DNA of 63,289 bases, filler included, from Nemertoderma westbladi (Eukaryota; Animalia; Xenacoelomorpha): NCBI GenBank assembly GCA_032718475.1. It is 3 parts of 3 records of this genome, joined end to end, with 100 filler letters (N's around TTAATTAATTAA, not from the genome) between each part and the next. Parts side by side here need not be neighbours in the genome. Positions count along the whole stretch, not along the records: positions 1 to 28,441 come from JAUCBJ010004387.1; positions 28,542 to 45,202 come from JAUCBJ010000911.1; 1 more part is not named here. One strand, written 5' to 3'. Within the stretch, counting starts at the first letter, position 1. Every line of letters starts with the position of its first letter. The position numbers were made by a program, and so were the translations under genes. The notes beneath the pieces are model-generated. The model was not told where the DNA came from and did no database searches. It was given only the letters and a program-made list of their open reading frames with translations. Positions 24,496 through 38,148 of this stretch are shown here, in pieces.

Positions 24496-26099
24496 AAATT
24501 ATTTCTTTCCCAGATTACAAAGTTTTAGCACCAAATATACTTTTTTACCACCACAAACCGATAGCCCCAAAATTCATGTTTACTGTAAGCAATATACATT
24601 AAAGCTACGACTAAATACATATTTCTTTCCCAGATTACATACTGTATGTGTTATCACAAATTTCCAAATCCCAATCATCCAAATTAATTAAATTCGTCCC
24701 AAAGTATTTTTTATATATTGATATATATATTTTTATATTCAACATTGTTAACAACGTCGTTTATTATTCTGGTTAGAAAATTACGTATCTGTAACCTGCT
24801 CCTTTCCCTCAATTGGGAACAACATCGTTTATTGTTTTGGTTAGAAAATCGCTGATTCTATGGAAATAAATATCACACATCTGACCTTTTTTGTTTGATT
24901 TAGGTGTTTTAGTGTAGTAAATGTGTGTTTTGGGGCTGATGTTTTAATTTTTGGGTCGAATTTATAACATTAGTTCAGTGATGTATTTTTTTTTGGTCAA
25001 CAAGTAAATTATTTGGTGCGAAATGTATGTGTTTTGTTCTTTTGTTATTTTTTTGTCCAGAATTATTTTTTTTGGTCCGCTTGTATGTGATTTGGTCAAC
25101 GAGTAAACTATTTGGTGCAGAAAGTATATGTTTTTTGCTAATTTTTATGTTTTTTGGGTAAACTTTAATTGATAGCCTAACAGAAATAGCTGCTTATTGG
25201 CGATCTTTGGGCGGGGAATCAAGATTGCAGATATATATGTTACACATTACAGTTACATCGTGTCCGGCGAGTGTCCAATGCCCTAACGTCCACCTAGCAC
25301 CAGTACCACAAACTGAATACTCAATATTTCAAGTTACTGAATACTGATTGCCCTATCAGTGAATATGTGTGGTAGATGCGTTGCCAACAGCATTGATGAA
25401 GAAAGGCAGGTATTATCAGGACATTCGTGTTTTATAAATAATATGTTATATTTATTTTAATATAACGTAAAATACAACTGGAATACACAACTGAAATTCA
25501 CAAATATACAAACAGCACAAATTTCTAGCAAAATAATTAAAGATCGCATATAATTTAATTTATTTAACCAACAAAGAAATCAATAAACTCATGTTATTGG
25601 TAACATGTTAAATTCATAAAGTAATATAATAAATATTTGAGGCGTGGAGGCGACCCAATTTGTAAGAAATATTAAAACTTACCTTATGCCGACAGTATTG
25701 GTACTGAAATATTTATTTATCATGTCAACGCCTCAACGAAATTATTTAGCTAATTATTCTAAAGAATCACGATTAAATACTCAGCCAAACATTTTGTAAG
25801 GTAAACACAAAAAGCAAGGTTAAGCTCTCTTATTAGTCTGACTCATTACATTGCTGCCTAATGAGTAGTGGTGAGCTGGTGGTTGGACTGTATCCCAGTT
25901 AGGCTAGGCAGGCAATAGCAAGCGTGCCTTGGAATAACCGAGCTAGTGTAGAGTGACGACGGCTGATGGGGTATTTTAGCAAGTTAATTACGTTTAGATC
26001 AATTAAAACACATTTCTTAAAGCAAATCACTTGAACTAATTAACCAACTTTACCCTAACCAACTTATTTAATTTTAATTGAATTAATTAACTGCTATTA

Positions 26100-26310
26100 T
26101 CTTAGCTTTTCGAAGGCCCCACGCAAATTCAACTTGAAAAATTTCTAAACTTTTGCCAGACTACATGTGTACCTAGTTTGGATAGATTTCATCGAGATTA
26201 ACGATTAAAGTTGAACACAACAGAACGACAGACACACCGATTGAGTTAGTGGTACTCGTACCTATATGCTAAGGTCGCTTACTTTCGTGGCTCGCCCCAC
26301 AGCGGACCTA
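26100..26310. repeat. Fragment related to the 51573-52052 element
   Basis: Shares cgtggctcgccccac and the gtacc.agtttgg...atttcatc core. Confidence 0.45.
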
Positions 26311-26399
26311 CCGGCCTCAAGTATTTTAGAGTGAAACAGGAGGGAAGTACAAATAAATATTCAGCTCGAGTATTGATGCTTGCTGCCTGGTGATATTAA

Positions 26400-26940
26400 T
26401 TAAATATATGAATTGTAGTTGAGCTGTATTTATTTTATATAGTAAATACATTGCACCTATATGATATAGATGGCAGAATGACTGCATTCCAAAGTCGTTC
26501 TACAGACTCCATAGATATAACTTTGAGGTCTACCTCGATAGCCAATTGAACGTAGGTAGTCCTTTCTTATAAAGATGCATGAAATGGCAGCTTGCACCGT
26601 TCTTTGTTGATAACACAACACCCAGATATACAAAAGAATTCACGAACTCAATTTCTTGACCTATATATAACAGAAAATCGTTTTTACAAAATTTTTCCCC
26701 ACGGCCAAATTTAATGGCATTAGTTTTTTTCACATTAACTTAAAGGTGGTTTTCATCACAGTAGCCTGTGCGAGCTTTCTTGAACTTTCCCACTCGCATT
26801 ACAAACTATTGCCAAGTCATCAGCATACATTAAGATCCAGACAGTTGCTGAGATCAGGAGAAAAGCTGGCTGGTCAGTCAGCAACAAAAATGCTGAAAAG
26901 TAATGGCGACAATTTGTCACCTTGAATTACATCAATTTGG
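26400..26940 (-). pseudogene. CR1/L2-group LINE RT fragment
   Basis: QGDKLSPLLF, LMYADDL and IEFVNSFVYLGV motifs in broken frames. Confidence 0.7.
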
Positions 26941-27786
26941 GCTATTCGTCTGAATTATTTAAAGTGCCATAGGCAACCGGTACAATAGCTAGATCACTAC
27001 ATCAGCACTGGACCTCATACACTGACTACTTGCCGAATTGCTGAATTGTAGGATCGTAGATTGCTAGATTGAACTTAAAACTTCTATAATAATAGATATT
27101 CACATTGGAGCCTTCACATTGGATTCAGTAACTCCAATGTCTCTCTATCAATGTCATAGCTCTATCGACCACAGTACGATTAACAGTACGAGGTAGTGTG
27201 CCATTAACAGTACATCCTTGTCGAACCCCACTTGTCCCGATTGTGAAAATCGTTCTACAAGACAGAGTGGTCATAAATTAAGAGCTGGGATAACCATCAC
27301 CTCCGGTACTGGTAACCGTAGGTCCTAGACGAATATGATACACTCAGTACATCCTTGGAAAATAAAAGGACTAACACAAATTTAAGAACTGCTGAATTTA
27401 TTGAACCACCCCCAGGAGACTTCATCACTCAACTCAGTTGGCTACTAATGCAGTCCAGTACTGCTGTAGTGATGAAGGGCCTAGCTAATTTTCCCAGTTG
27501 CAAGTGATGGCACTTTTTATAATTAATTTTTAATAAAATAGCATTTTGAAATGTATTTTTTGCTGGTATATGTTGTTTAAAATCGTCCCTGATTAATATT
27601 TTCACTGTGTTCCACATGTGTTACCTATGACTAAAGGCATTTTTGCTATGTGTCACGACTGTGTTACTCGAAATTCCTTCATGTTCCTATTTTATAACTA
27701 TCCCATTCTTTTTGTATGTCTCAGCATTCAGTATTTAGTTAAATTTACATAAGATATCTAAAAAATAGTACTATTGTTATTTGCAG

Positions 27787-28441
27787 GAAGAGAATTAAAA
27801 GCTGGAAAGTTAACTCCGGTCTGAGATCCGTTGCTTATATTGCCAGAATGGTTAATGTTACTGGAGATAGTGTCGAGAAATGCATGCATGGTGTTGTCTT
27901 GCCTCTGATCTTCAACGAATCAGAATGGAACCATGTTATCCGTACGATCCTATACTTTATTGGTTTGGCCTGGGTTGTCCTCGGCATAGCCATTATATCC
28001 GATAGATTCATGGTTGCCATAGAGAGGATCACGGCAGAGACTAAAAATCTAACCGTAGCGGATAATGATTCTCCTGGGGGAACACGTGACATTGAGATTC
28101 GCATATGGAATTTGTCTGTTGCGAATCTAACTCTCATGGCATTAGGCAGCAGTGCTCCTGAGATTATGCTTTCTATTATAGAAGTGGTGGGCAATGGATT
28201 ACAGTCTGGTGAACTTGGACCCAGTGCAATTGTAGGGAGCGCATCATACAACCTTCTTATGATAACCGCAATCTGCGTAGTTGTTGTTCCTAAGGGTGAG
28301 ACTCGACGCATTAAGGAAATTGAGGTTTTTGGGTTGACGTCGTTTTTCTGTTTGTTCACGTATGTTTGGCTGTTTGTTATTCTTGTGCCATCTTCTCCTG
28401 GGGTAGTTGAGATCTGGGAGGCTCTCAGTACATTGTTTTTG
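27787..28441 (+). CDS. Na+/Ca2+ exchanger (SLC8A/NCX family) N-terminal exon, cut by the assembly gap
   Basis: Acceptor ttatttgcag ending 27786; DRFMVAIERIT, WNLSVANLTLMALGSSAPEIMLSIIE (alpha-1 repeat), GELGPSAIVGSASYNL, PGVVEIWEA. Confidence 0.93.
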
Positions 28442-28541
28442 NNNNNNNNNNNNNNNNNNNNNNNNNNNNNNNNNNNNNNNNNNNNTTAATTAATTAANNN
28501 NNNNNNNNNNNNNNNNNNNNNNNNNNNNNNNNNNNNNNNNN
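28442..28541. other. Artificial assembly linker (N-run with TTAATTAATTAA)
   Basis: 100-bp N block with a six-frame stop spacer at 28486-28497. Confidence 0.97.
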
Positions 28542-29119
28542 TAAAAAAAAATGAAATTTTTTACTTTTTTTACACATAGTTGCAACACTACAGTGTATAC
28601 ATGAGACATTGTTTCATAATGTTACATATCGAATAACACTATTACTGCTATATCTAGCACATACTCACAACAATCAATACCCTACATCTAAACATTAATT
28701 ATCATTCCATCTTATATTCAAACGTAATTAACCTGTCAATATTGTACTGATACTGTATGTAGAACAAGTAAATTATTATTATTAGTTAGATGTATTTCGT
28801 ATTAATTAATATGCATTTTATGCTATCGAAATCATTAGTAGAATAATTGGATCTCGTTGGTAACATATGCTATAGTATAGAATTCAATGAACAATAATTT
28901 ATAATTGATACTACCACAAGCTATTTGTAAACATCTGCGACCAGTTATGATGAATAAATCGATATTGAATAATTATTACTTGGCATTCAACAGCTATAAC
29001 TCGGATATTTATCGCCTTTTTCTCTTGTGGTTGGATGGGGGAGTGAGTGGAGAAATGTGGGGAGTTATAATGGTCCCGAGTTCGAACCCTGTTGAATATT
29101 TTGTTATCTGAAAAATCGC

Positions 29120-29545
29120 AAAATTAAATTTAGTTACTGGTGAAAAATAGTAGAAGTTACCTGTAGACACCTCTAGCGTCTGTAAAATAAAGGTTGGTGA
29201 AAAATTGCGATTTGAAAAATAGTAGAAGTTACCTGATGCTAAGTGTAGACACCCGATCACCTGTAAAATAAAGGTTGGTGATTGGAGGAAGGAGTAGCGA
29301 TAGGTTGGGGGCTAGCCTTGCATCGTGAGGTTAGGCTATGTGAAGATGAATATGCAATGGTTGGTGAAAAATAGCGATTTGAAAAATAGTAGAAGTGACC
29401 TGTAGACACCTCTAGCGTCTGTAAAATAAAGGTTGGTGAATATGAAAATACTGGTTGCTGAAAAATAGCGATTTGAAAAATAGTAGACGTTACCTGATGC
29501 TAAGTGTAGACACCCGAACACCTGTAAAATAAAGGTTGGTGATTG
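29120..29545. repeat. Local duplications of ~70-140-bp modules
   Basis: aaaatagtagaagttacctg...ctgtaaaataaaggttggtga occurs four times. Confidence 0.8.
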
Positions 29546-29729
29546 GACGGAGTACTAGCGTTGGGTGACTAATAACGCCTCTAGCGGAAGATGCGGGAAC
29601 TTGAGAAGTTGCCATGGTTACGGATGAAATGCTGACATCTGATTGGTTGAAATAATAACGACCACTGCTAATGGTTGAAATGGTGGCTTCTGATTGGATG
29701 GAGTACTAAAATTGGATGGTAATGATGGG

Positions 29730-31790
29730 CTACGGGTGACCTTGGTGCAGTGTCATACAAACATATACTACTAACGCAGACTGGATTTCGCTATATCCCC
29801 CCTGTTCATTCATTATCCTATCCTCTACTGGATTATCACCATCATCATCATCGTCAGTGTCCCTGTCAGAATCCCCGTCTTCAGAACCAGTCAAATACGA
29901 TCTCTTGTACATAGGTATGTGTTGAAATTCCGGCCGATAAGTGGAGTAATCATAAAATACAAGCATTTGAGGAAGGCGTTTCACTTGATGTACCTGTAAA
30001 GTGCGAGGAACTGGTTTGATGTTCTCCAAACAAGCACTATACTGTTCTCTGGTGCGATCGATTTTCGACTTGTCTAAATATATCACTGTTATATTAGGGC
30101 ATATCTTGTTTGAATAGCAAGCAAACTCTTCAGCATTTTGAATAAGAACTTTATTTGTTTTAACATCAGTGTAAACCTTTCTTTTTAAACCACCCCCAAT
30201 ACCATCATGGGGGCCTGTAAAATGATGGCTTTCACCATAGTTCCATGTTACTTTAAACCTCGTTGAAAACTTGTTAAAAAGTTTAAATGTATATCTAGAT
30301 TTGAATTGACTGGAACTTCCATCCGACCAAAAGTGGACATGATTAATGGTTGCAATAAGTTTTTCGACTTCTGAGATAACCAACACACATGCACTAAACA
30401 TTACAAATTTATCGTGTTCAACTTCGTTTGAAACGATGGCAAATGAAACCTCTTTTAACAGAAACCTCTTTTCTCTTCTACAGACTTCTGTTCAGTGTCG
30501 GTAGACGAATCGTAGTTTTCCATTTCGGTTAGAGGATTACTATTGTCAATATTCTCTTTATCAACTACAGTTGCATAGTTATTATTATAGTAAACTGCCG
30601 CTGTAAATATGGTGAATGAATCTGTTCCAAAATAGGCACTTTGGATTTCTCCTCTTTGAGTATTGCGATAGTTTTGCGAAAAGTCTACAGAGTTAATTAT
30701 CTCACCCGCCTGCAAATTCTCCTTGTTGGTTCGCAGCTCGCGATGCTGATTGAGAAATCCAAACATATGTTTGAAATATAGTTTCAGCTTGCGCCGCAAA
30801 GTTAATATAAACTCATTTCCAGTTTCTTCTACTTTAACCTTCCTTCTTTAACCTCAATTGTTACCCATTGAGAGTAAACTATTATGGCATCTTGATCACA
30901 TACATCTTGAAGGTCGGTTTCAATTTTCGAAAATCCAGGGCAAGAATCACTGTCAAAGTTAACCCTCAAACAGGGATGCATGATCAACATAAGCTGTTGG
31001 GGTTTGTCAGGTAAAGACTTAATATGAGTTATCATCAGCTCTATGTTTTCACAAGAATCACAGCAACACATTTCATTTGGCGTCAAACTATTACAATATA
31101 TGTTGTTTTCATTTGAAATAATATATTATGTAATGTTCCAACAGAAATAGGACCTGTAGCAACAGCAGATGGGTCATTGTTATATAAAGCAACTGTCTCC
31201 AAAATAGTCCAAAGCAGTAAATGTTTTGACTTAAACATTGATTTCCCATTTCCATCTTTACTGATGTACACAGTATCCTTTCTTCCTGGACTGACGTATG
31301 AAACATCTGGTGATTCGATAATCGATATACGAAATTATTCGCTGTCGTTTGATATCAGAAATTGCTTTGCGACCAACTTTGGACTTCATGGCCCCAATAG
31401 CTGATTTACTGTTTGGGGAAAGACTGTTTATCAATGACGACAAAATCTCATTCCTTCTTGTAGGACAGTGGTTTGACAGCACTTTATTAACACGATTAAC
31501 TGACCTATTCAATGTTTGCCTGTTGCTAAATCCAGATGATGAAACATTGCCATTACTAAACTACTGGTACTGCTAGCTGCATCAGGTGTGACCTCAGTGG
31601 AGTTTGGAGTTTTGTTACCGCTATTTATGGGCTTGTTACATTTTCTTTCCCTGTCCTTCTTCTTTTGTATTTCATATTTCTCGGGATCTAATTTCAAACT
31701 ATCTCTATATCGTTTCTGTTTCTGCCGTTTCTGCTCTTTGTAATCATTATCTCCCAAGGTATGGCGTTTCCTATGTTCATATTCTGCCAG
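29730..31790 (-). pseudogene. Degenerate DDE transposase, most like the Sola2 group
   Basis: Basic N-terminus, CCCDSCEN, VDFSQNY...EIQSAYF, FWSDGSSSQFKSR, WNYGESHHFTGPHDGIGGGLKR across five ORF fragments. The family name is from motif recall only. Confidence 0.65.
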
Positions 31791-31841
31791 TAACCAGTAT
31801 TGGATATTGGTACAGTAGGCCTTACTGCCTATCCTAACAGT

Positions 31842-34800
31842 AATAACTAGAGACGGGCCTAGCGGCCCGTGAAGCAAGTCGTAGGAGACAGTACGAATCA
31901 AGTAAAAGCTTTTTGTTCTGTCTGATAATCAATTAGCGTGAGGGTAGTCCCGGTGGTGTACGAGAAATTTTCTAGACAACTTCGAACTATAATTATTATG
32001 TTGTAATCATCTAATGAATTATAAAAGCTGTTGTGATTATAGAAGATAGAGAGCAGTTAGCGAAATGATTATTTTGTTCTGTAGGATAGAGTAGTCAGAG
32101 AGTTAGAGTAGTCAAGTCATTGTTTAATAATAATAACAGCAGTTGCCATGAATTCAATATACAATCGCGCAAAAGAAGTGATAAGACAAATTCGTTCTTA
32201 TTTTTGTAATAAATAAAACAGGTTGAGATGTTTCAATGTAAACCGCGATTAACAATTTACAACATTTATATTATTATTATATCAGATTTTTATATTTCAA
32301 ACTATAATGTTAGCCTTATGGAGAATCATTATGAGGCTGAGTAAACATTCAGCCTTATAAGCATACAGCCTCCACAGTATTAATGTTGGCACAAACATTT
32401 CAAAATAAAACAATAATGCGATGAGAGCATAGTACAATACACTGTCTAGTTATCGCAAACAATTATTATGAGTGAAAGTAGATTCAATAAGAATAAAATA
32501 CAACCTCAAATCAATCTACAACATATGCTATGGTAAATCTGATAGCAGATTGACCATATAGATTGCATTGTTTAATATATAACTCAAATTAACAAAGCTT
32601 TTTTTCATGTTTTATATTGATTTGGAGCATATTTGATTATTATTGAATCTACTTCACTCATCACAGTTGTTCGCGATAAGTAATTTGAACTCAAATTGGC
32701 AATTGTGAAAAAACTTGATATGCTATGGCAGCATGGCAAATCTGAAAGCAGATTTGGAATCACCATTGTTTAATTATATATAATTCATATGAACAAAGCT
32801 CCTTTCAATGTTTTAGATTGATTTTGAGCATATTTGATTCATATTTGAATCTACATCACTCATCATAGTCGTTTGCGATAAGTTTTTTGAATTCAAATTG
32901 GCAATTGTGAGAAAACTTGATGGGGTAGGGCAAATCTGAAATCAGATTTGGAATCACCATTGTCTAATCATGTATATGTTCAAAGCTTCTTCCCATATAT
33001 ATTAGAACTCTTTTGGTCGCTGGATGCACATATCTCTGTATCTATCAATCCTTTTAATATGCTTTGAAGTACAGTATAGTATTGTTGTATATCATGCACT
33101 ATATCATTTTAAAATTCAAATCAGATGAGATTTTTGGATTCTGCAACTTAAAATCAGTCAAAATCAAATTAAACGAACAGTTCCTAGATATAATTAACCA
33201 AAAGTTAAGTTTTGTGGCCAATTATTGATATCGTACCAAATGGCGCTTAGACACAAATTAGTGATGCTTGTGCAAGCATTTCCCATGGGGTTGTGATAAA
33301 TTTTTTTTAACTAAACATAGCTTTGAATGGTTAGACAATGCTAAAATAGAGATTAACTGAAATAAGATGGAGGGAGGTAGACCTACAAAATGTTAATGCC
33401 AATTTTTCAATATGTCCTAGGCGCAATCAATTGAATGATCGATTTATGAGTTGTGCCGGGCTTAAGCTTTTGTGTGATATCTCAAGAACTACTAGCTTAG
33501 TAGCTTAGCACTTGTTTTGAAGGTATCTACACCCACTAAATCGATGATTGCGGTTCAAATAAGCCTAAAATTAACTCTGTACAACAAATAGAAGCCTTCA
33601 TATCAGCAAACTCCATTATATTCTGCGCGCGCGATCAAATGGTGTCCAAACGCTCAACTTCAGGGTGTTTGAGCTACCTCTAAATATATATCATTTGTGC
33701 TCAAATTTTACTCAAGGTGTTTTTTTATCAGAAGAAAGGACTTGGGGGGGTCAGAGGAGAATTTCCACAACTTTTAAATTTTACATTGAAATAAGGACCA
33801 CCCTACAGGGTGGTCCTTATTTTGAAAGGTTGGAATTTATCATCTCAAATGTTTCCATTTCGTCAAAAAATACGACATGCGAAATTTTAAGCTTGTACAT
33901 CAAATATTAGAGGTAGCTCAAACACACTGAAGTTGAGTGCCTGCTCACCGATTGATCGCGCGCGATGAATTTAATAGAGTTTGCTGATATGAAGGCTTCT
34001 GTTGGTCGTACAGAGTTCATTTTAGGCAAATTTGAACCGCAATCATCGATTTAGTGGGTGTAGATACCTTCAAAACAAGAGCTAAGCTAGTAGTTCTTGA
34101 GATATCACACAAAAGCTTAAGCCTGGCACAACTCATCAATCGATCATTCAATTGATTACACCAAGCAGCCAAGGGCATATTGAAATATTGGCATTAACAT
34201 TTTGTAGGTCTACCTCCCTGCATCTTATTTCAGTTAATCTCGATTTTAGCATTGTATAACAATTCAAAGCTATGTTTAGTAAAAAAAAAAATTCATCACA
34301 ACCCCATTGGAAATTTAATTTGATTTTGACTGATTTTAAGTGCAGAACCCAAAAATCGCATCTGATTTGTATTTTAAAATGATATGGTGCATGATATACA
34401 ACAATACAACTGTACTTCTAAGCATTTTAAGATAAGGATTGATAGATGCAGAGATATGTGACATGTGAATCCAGTGACCAAAAGAGTTCTAATATATATG
34501 GGAAGAAGCTTTGCACATATGTATTATACATAATTAGGCAATGCTGATTCCAAATCTGATTTCAGATTTGCCCTACCACATCAAGTTTTTTCACAATTGC
34601 CACGTTGAGTTCAAAAACTTATTGCAAACGACTGTGATGATTGGCGTAGATTCAAATGAGAATCAAATATGCTCAAAATCAATCCAAAACATTGAATGGA
34701 GCTTTGTTTATATGAATTACATATTTTTAAACAATGCTGATTCCAAATCTGCTTTCATATTTGCCATACTGCCATAGGATATCAAGTTTTTTTTACAATT

Positions 34801-35333
34801 GCCAATTTAAGTTCAAATTAGTTAGTGTAGCCAACACACTGTTTAACTAACAGTTATTTAGCTTGCACGCCAATTAATTAACATAGCAAGGATGCATTGG
34901 GAAGAGTTATTCAGCTGAGACTGTAATAACCAGCTATACCAGTTAATGTTTTGTTTGATTACTGTCTGGGTTGTATAGTAGAGTGATAATAAAACTTGGC
35001 AGAGAAAGTACTTCTTTGTTAGTTGCCCTTCCTATTGAATGCATTACCAGGCCATCTCTATACATTTTTCATGAGTGCCAGCTGGTGTTTTATCATTGCG
35101 CCTATGGCAATTTTAGTGTTTTGGGGCTATTTTTCGAAATAAAACAAGTTGAGATGTTTCAATTTAAACCGCGATTTCACAAGTACCCTTAGAAATCCAT
35201 TTTCATGCTCCATGCAAAATTTCATCAAAATCGTTAGAGCCGTTTTTGCTCTAGGTCAGTAGCCAGTAGCCAGTAGTCAGTAGCCAGTAGCCTTTTTTTC
35301 TTACAGTAATCAAGTCTAACGACTTGCTAATAA
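31842..35333 (-). mobile_element. Non-autonomous Helentron-associated (HINE/DINE-1-like) element containing a 2.1-kb palindrome
   Basis: SubTIRs agcaagtcgt (31873-31882) and acgacttgct (35319-35328); partial IR caagtc-taac-gacttg and a (cagtagc)n microsatellite at one end; perfect GC hairpin acgggcc-tagc-ggcccgt (31853-31870) at the other. Confidence 0.75.
32680..34820. repeat. Long inverted repeat (arms about 32680-33685 and 33906-34820)
   Basis: Arms are visibly reverse-complementary along their length; central 16-bp perfect palindrome at 33789-33822. Confidence 0.9.
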
Positions 35334-36180
35334 CATAGACCTAATACTATAATAATAATAACTTATAAAGCGCCTTTCTGGGCATATTTTCAAGGCGCTA
35401 TAATAAGTTGCGATTCTTGATACAGTGATAGGCAGGCATATAACCTAAAGTCCTCTTAGTTTGAACAACTGGCCATATCATCTATATTGCTGTATTGTCA
35501 CACCTGTCAGCCTGTGGTCTGCCTAATGCAAATAGGTGTAAGTCTGTAAGTAAAAGTAACGTCATCTACAGAAAGCTATATATAGGCCTTTTCATATAAT
35601 TGTCAGATACGGAATTTCTTGAATCTGTGAATTGTCAGTCACGGAAAATCATAAGTCAGGAAGTACAGCAGTCTACAATGTGACAGTACAATGCTGAAGT
35701 GCAACATGAGAAGCTGGAGCAATAAACCTGATAAATTCGAAGAATGAAACAGAGTGATGTAATTTGAAATTCCCTCCACAATCTAAATGTGCACATTGTT
35801 GTCAGATACGGATTTTCAGAATGTTTGCAGACATCATAGTATTAAAGTAACTCATACCAAGTCATTTTTTAAAAAATTACCAAATTTTTTTGCATACATG
35901 ATAGACCAAACATTTTTGAATCTAAATGCTGCATCAAATCAAAGGAAATCTTTAATTGTAGTTATTTTAACACATCATAGATTTATTAAACAACATGCAA
36001 AATATGTATAAAATATTGTGTATTCGAATATTGCCTATTTTGAAGGTTCTATTAAAGGTCAGCTGATAGACTAAATTATAAAAGAGCTTGTTTTCCAACT
36101 GTCTCATACATATACTATTCATTAAAAAAAGAAAAATCACCAAAAATTGAACTTTATTTTTTCCTGCATTTGTCACGAAT

Positions 36181-38148
36181 TTATGAATATACTTTAGGCC
36201 TATTTGATAAGAATGATACCGGTAACCAAACATGCGTTGACGAGGATGTTTCATTGGGCTTGAAGATGTTGGCGATAATGATAATATAGCCATTTGTTAG
36301 GACACAATGGCCATTTCTTAAAATAAGGGGCTTTTCTACAGACCGACACAACTGATTTAATCTCGAGTATGATTCACAAAGACATTTACCCATTGCTTCT
36401 AGTAACACAAGGTCAATCCTTTTTGACTTCAAACTTCTTTTCAAAACTGCCATGTATGACTCGAAAGGAAACGCACTCCAACTATCTAAAGGCCCATATT
36501 TTAGAACAAAATCTGGTAGATGAAGTAAGAGATGCATATTATAGGTGTACATGTCCAATGTATAAAGCCGCCCAAGGTCTGAATGGAATCGTACAATAAG
36601 TGACTTTGCATAAGCAACATAATTTATGTCTAATGCCAATGTTTGTGAAACCAGAATACGAATAGCAACATGTAGCAACATTAGGTGGTTAAAGTATACT
36701 TTAGGTAAAAAGTCTCTAAGTATTGGGGATGCATAAAGCAGGAAATGTCTAAATTCTGAAGCCTTAAAATGCTTCACCTCATCCAATCCACGTAATCGTC
36801 GGTTAAAAATGAGAGGCATGCCTAATCCAAACAACTTTAAGTGGGTATTTAAAGCAGCTTGCCGGCTTGGAAGAAGAACACAAGGCAATGGCTTTTTACG
36901 ATTGCATATGAACTGCTTTGAAGTCCAACTGAGAATCAGTTGTTTCATAGTGCCCAAACATACTGCATGCATATAGTCTGGTGGGACCTGCTACAAAAAC
37001 CCAATACAATATCGAAGCGGAGACAGGGATTGCTGATGGTCTGGATCACTAATCACTAAGTAATCGGAATCATGACGAAATATGAATGACTGTTCGGGAA
37101 ATATGACTTTTGTGTTATCTGGGTTGCGCTCGCCCTTAATTGTACAGTAGTTACAGGAACTGTATCCCGAAAAAGACTTTATACACAGTAACATACTTCG
37201 TGCAGGGGTATCCGTAATTAATAGGTGAATATTAATGTTGTTCTCATACATATGTTTCAAAACAACATCCAGGAATTCAACTATATTTTGTGGCTTTGCA
37301 TGTTTCCCAATCCAAAGGGCAATGACAAATGGACATCTACTAGAATTGTAGGGGGAATATAACGAGCCTAATACTGGCCAATATGATGCAACCGATGAAT
37401 TTACCCAAGGTGTCCCATCAATATTTGTTGCAATTTGTTTATTATGATACTCAGGTGGAATCTTGAGTAATGCAATAAAGCCTCCTGAACATGCGATGGG
37501 TTTATTTGACAATAAAACACTACCTGTACCTGACAGTTGTCGGGTATGCTGTTGCCTGAGTGTGCGTGATGTAGATGGAAGATCCGAATGGCCTTGGCCC
37601 TTAAGAATTGCAAGAAGATCAGTTGTTGCTCTATCTGACACAGAACTGTTCCAACCCATCCATTCCAATAGTTGACAACATAACTTATTGTCAGACTCAA
37701 CAGATTCGTGTATGCCACCATCACTGGACTGGGATTCATTATGATCGCTACTACTGGCAGTGCTACTACTAATAATACTATCAGTTTCAGACAAGTAACA
37801 CAAAGCATCAGCGACATCATCACTCTGCTTGCTGAGGTTAACTGAGTTAATGAACATTTCAGAACTAGTAGTGGCAGGAGTATCTATATATGTGGGTTGG
37901 CACATCTGCATCGCATGATTATTCTCACCACTGTTACCAGAGCATGCATGTACCGATACAATATTTTCATTTTCTTCACATGGACCTATACCGGTATTTC
38001 CTGCTTCACATAAATCAAGGATCTCAGTTCGTAATTGGTTTCTGCAATTACGAAATTCCTGCATCCGGATCCGGGATGACATTCTGTCACAGCGCTGGGA
38101 CTGGACCTCAGAAACGACCAACAACCAAAACCAACAAACACCAACCAC
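36181..38148 (-). pseudogene. EnSpm/CACTA-group transposase with one in-frame TAG
   Basis: NIDGTP..YWPVLG, DTPARS...GYSSCNYC, then FL*QVPPDYMHAVCLG, FKASEFRHFLLY, YNMHLLLHL...YGPLDSWSAFPFESY. The two ORFs share a frame. Confidence 0.85.

Noticed and set aside
28486-28497. TTAATTAATTAA palindrome inside N-runs (also 45247-45258)
   Set aside because: Synthetic contig-joining spacer; adjacency across these gaps may not be real.
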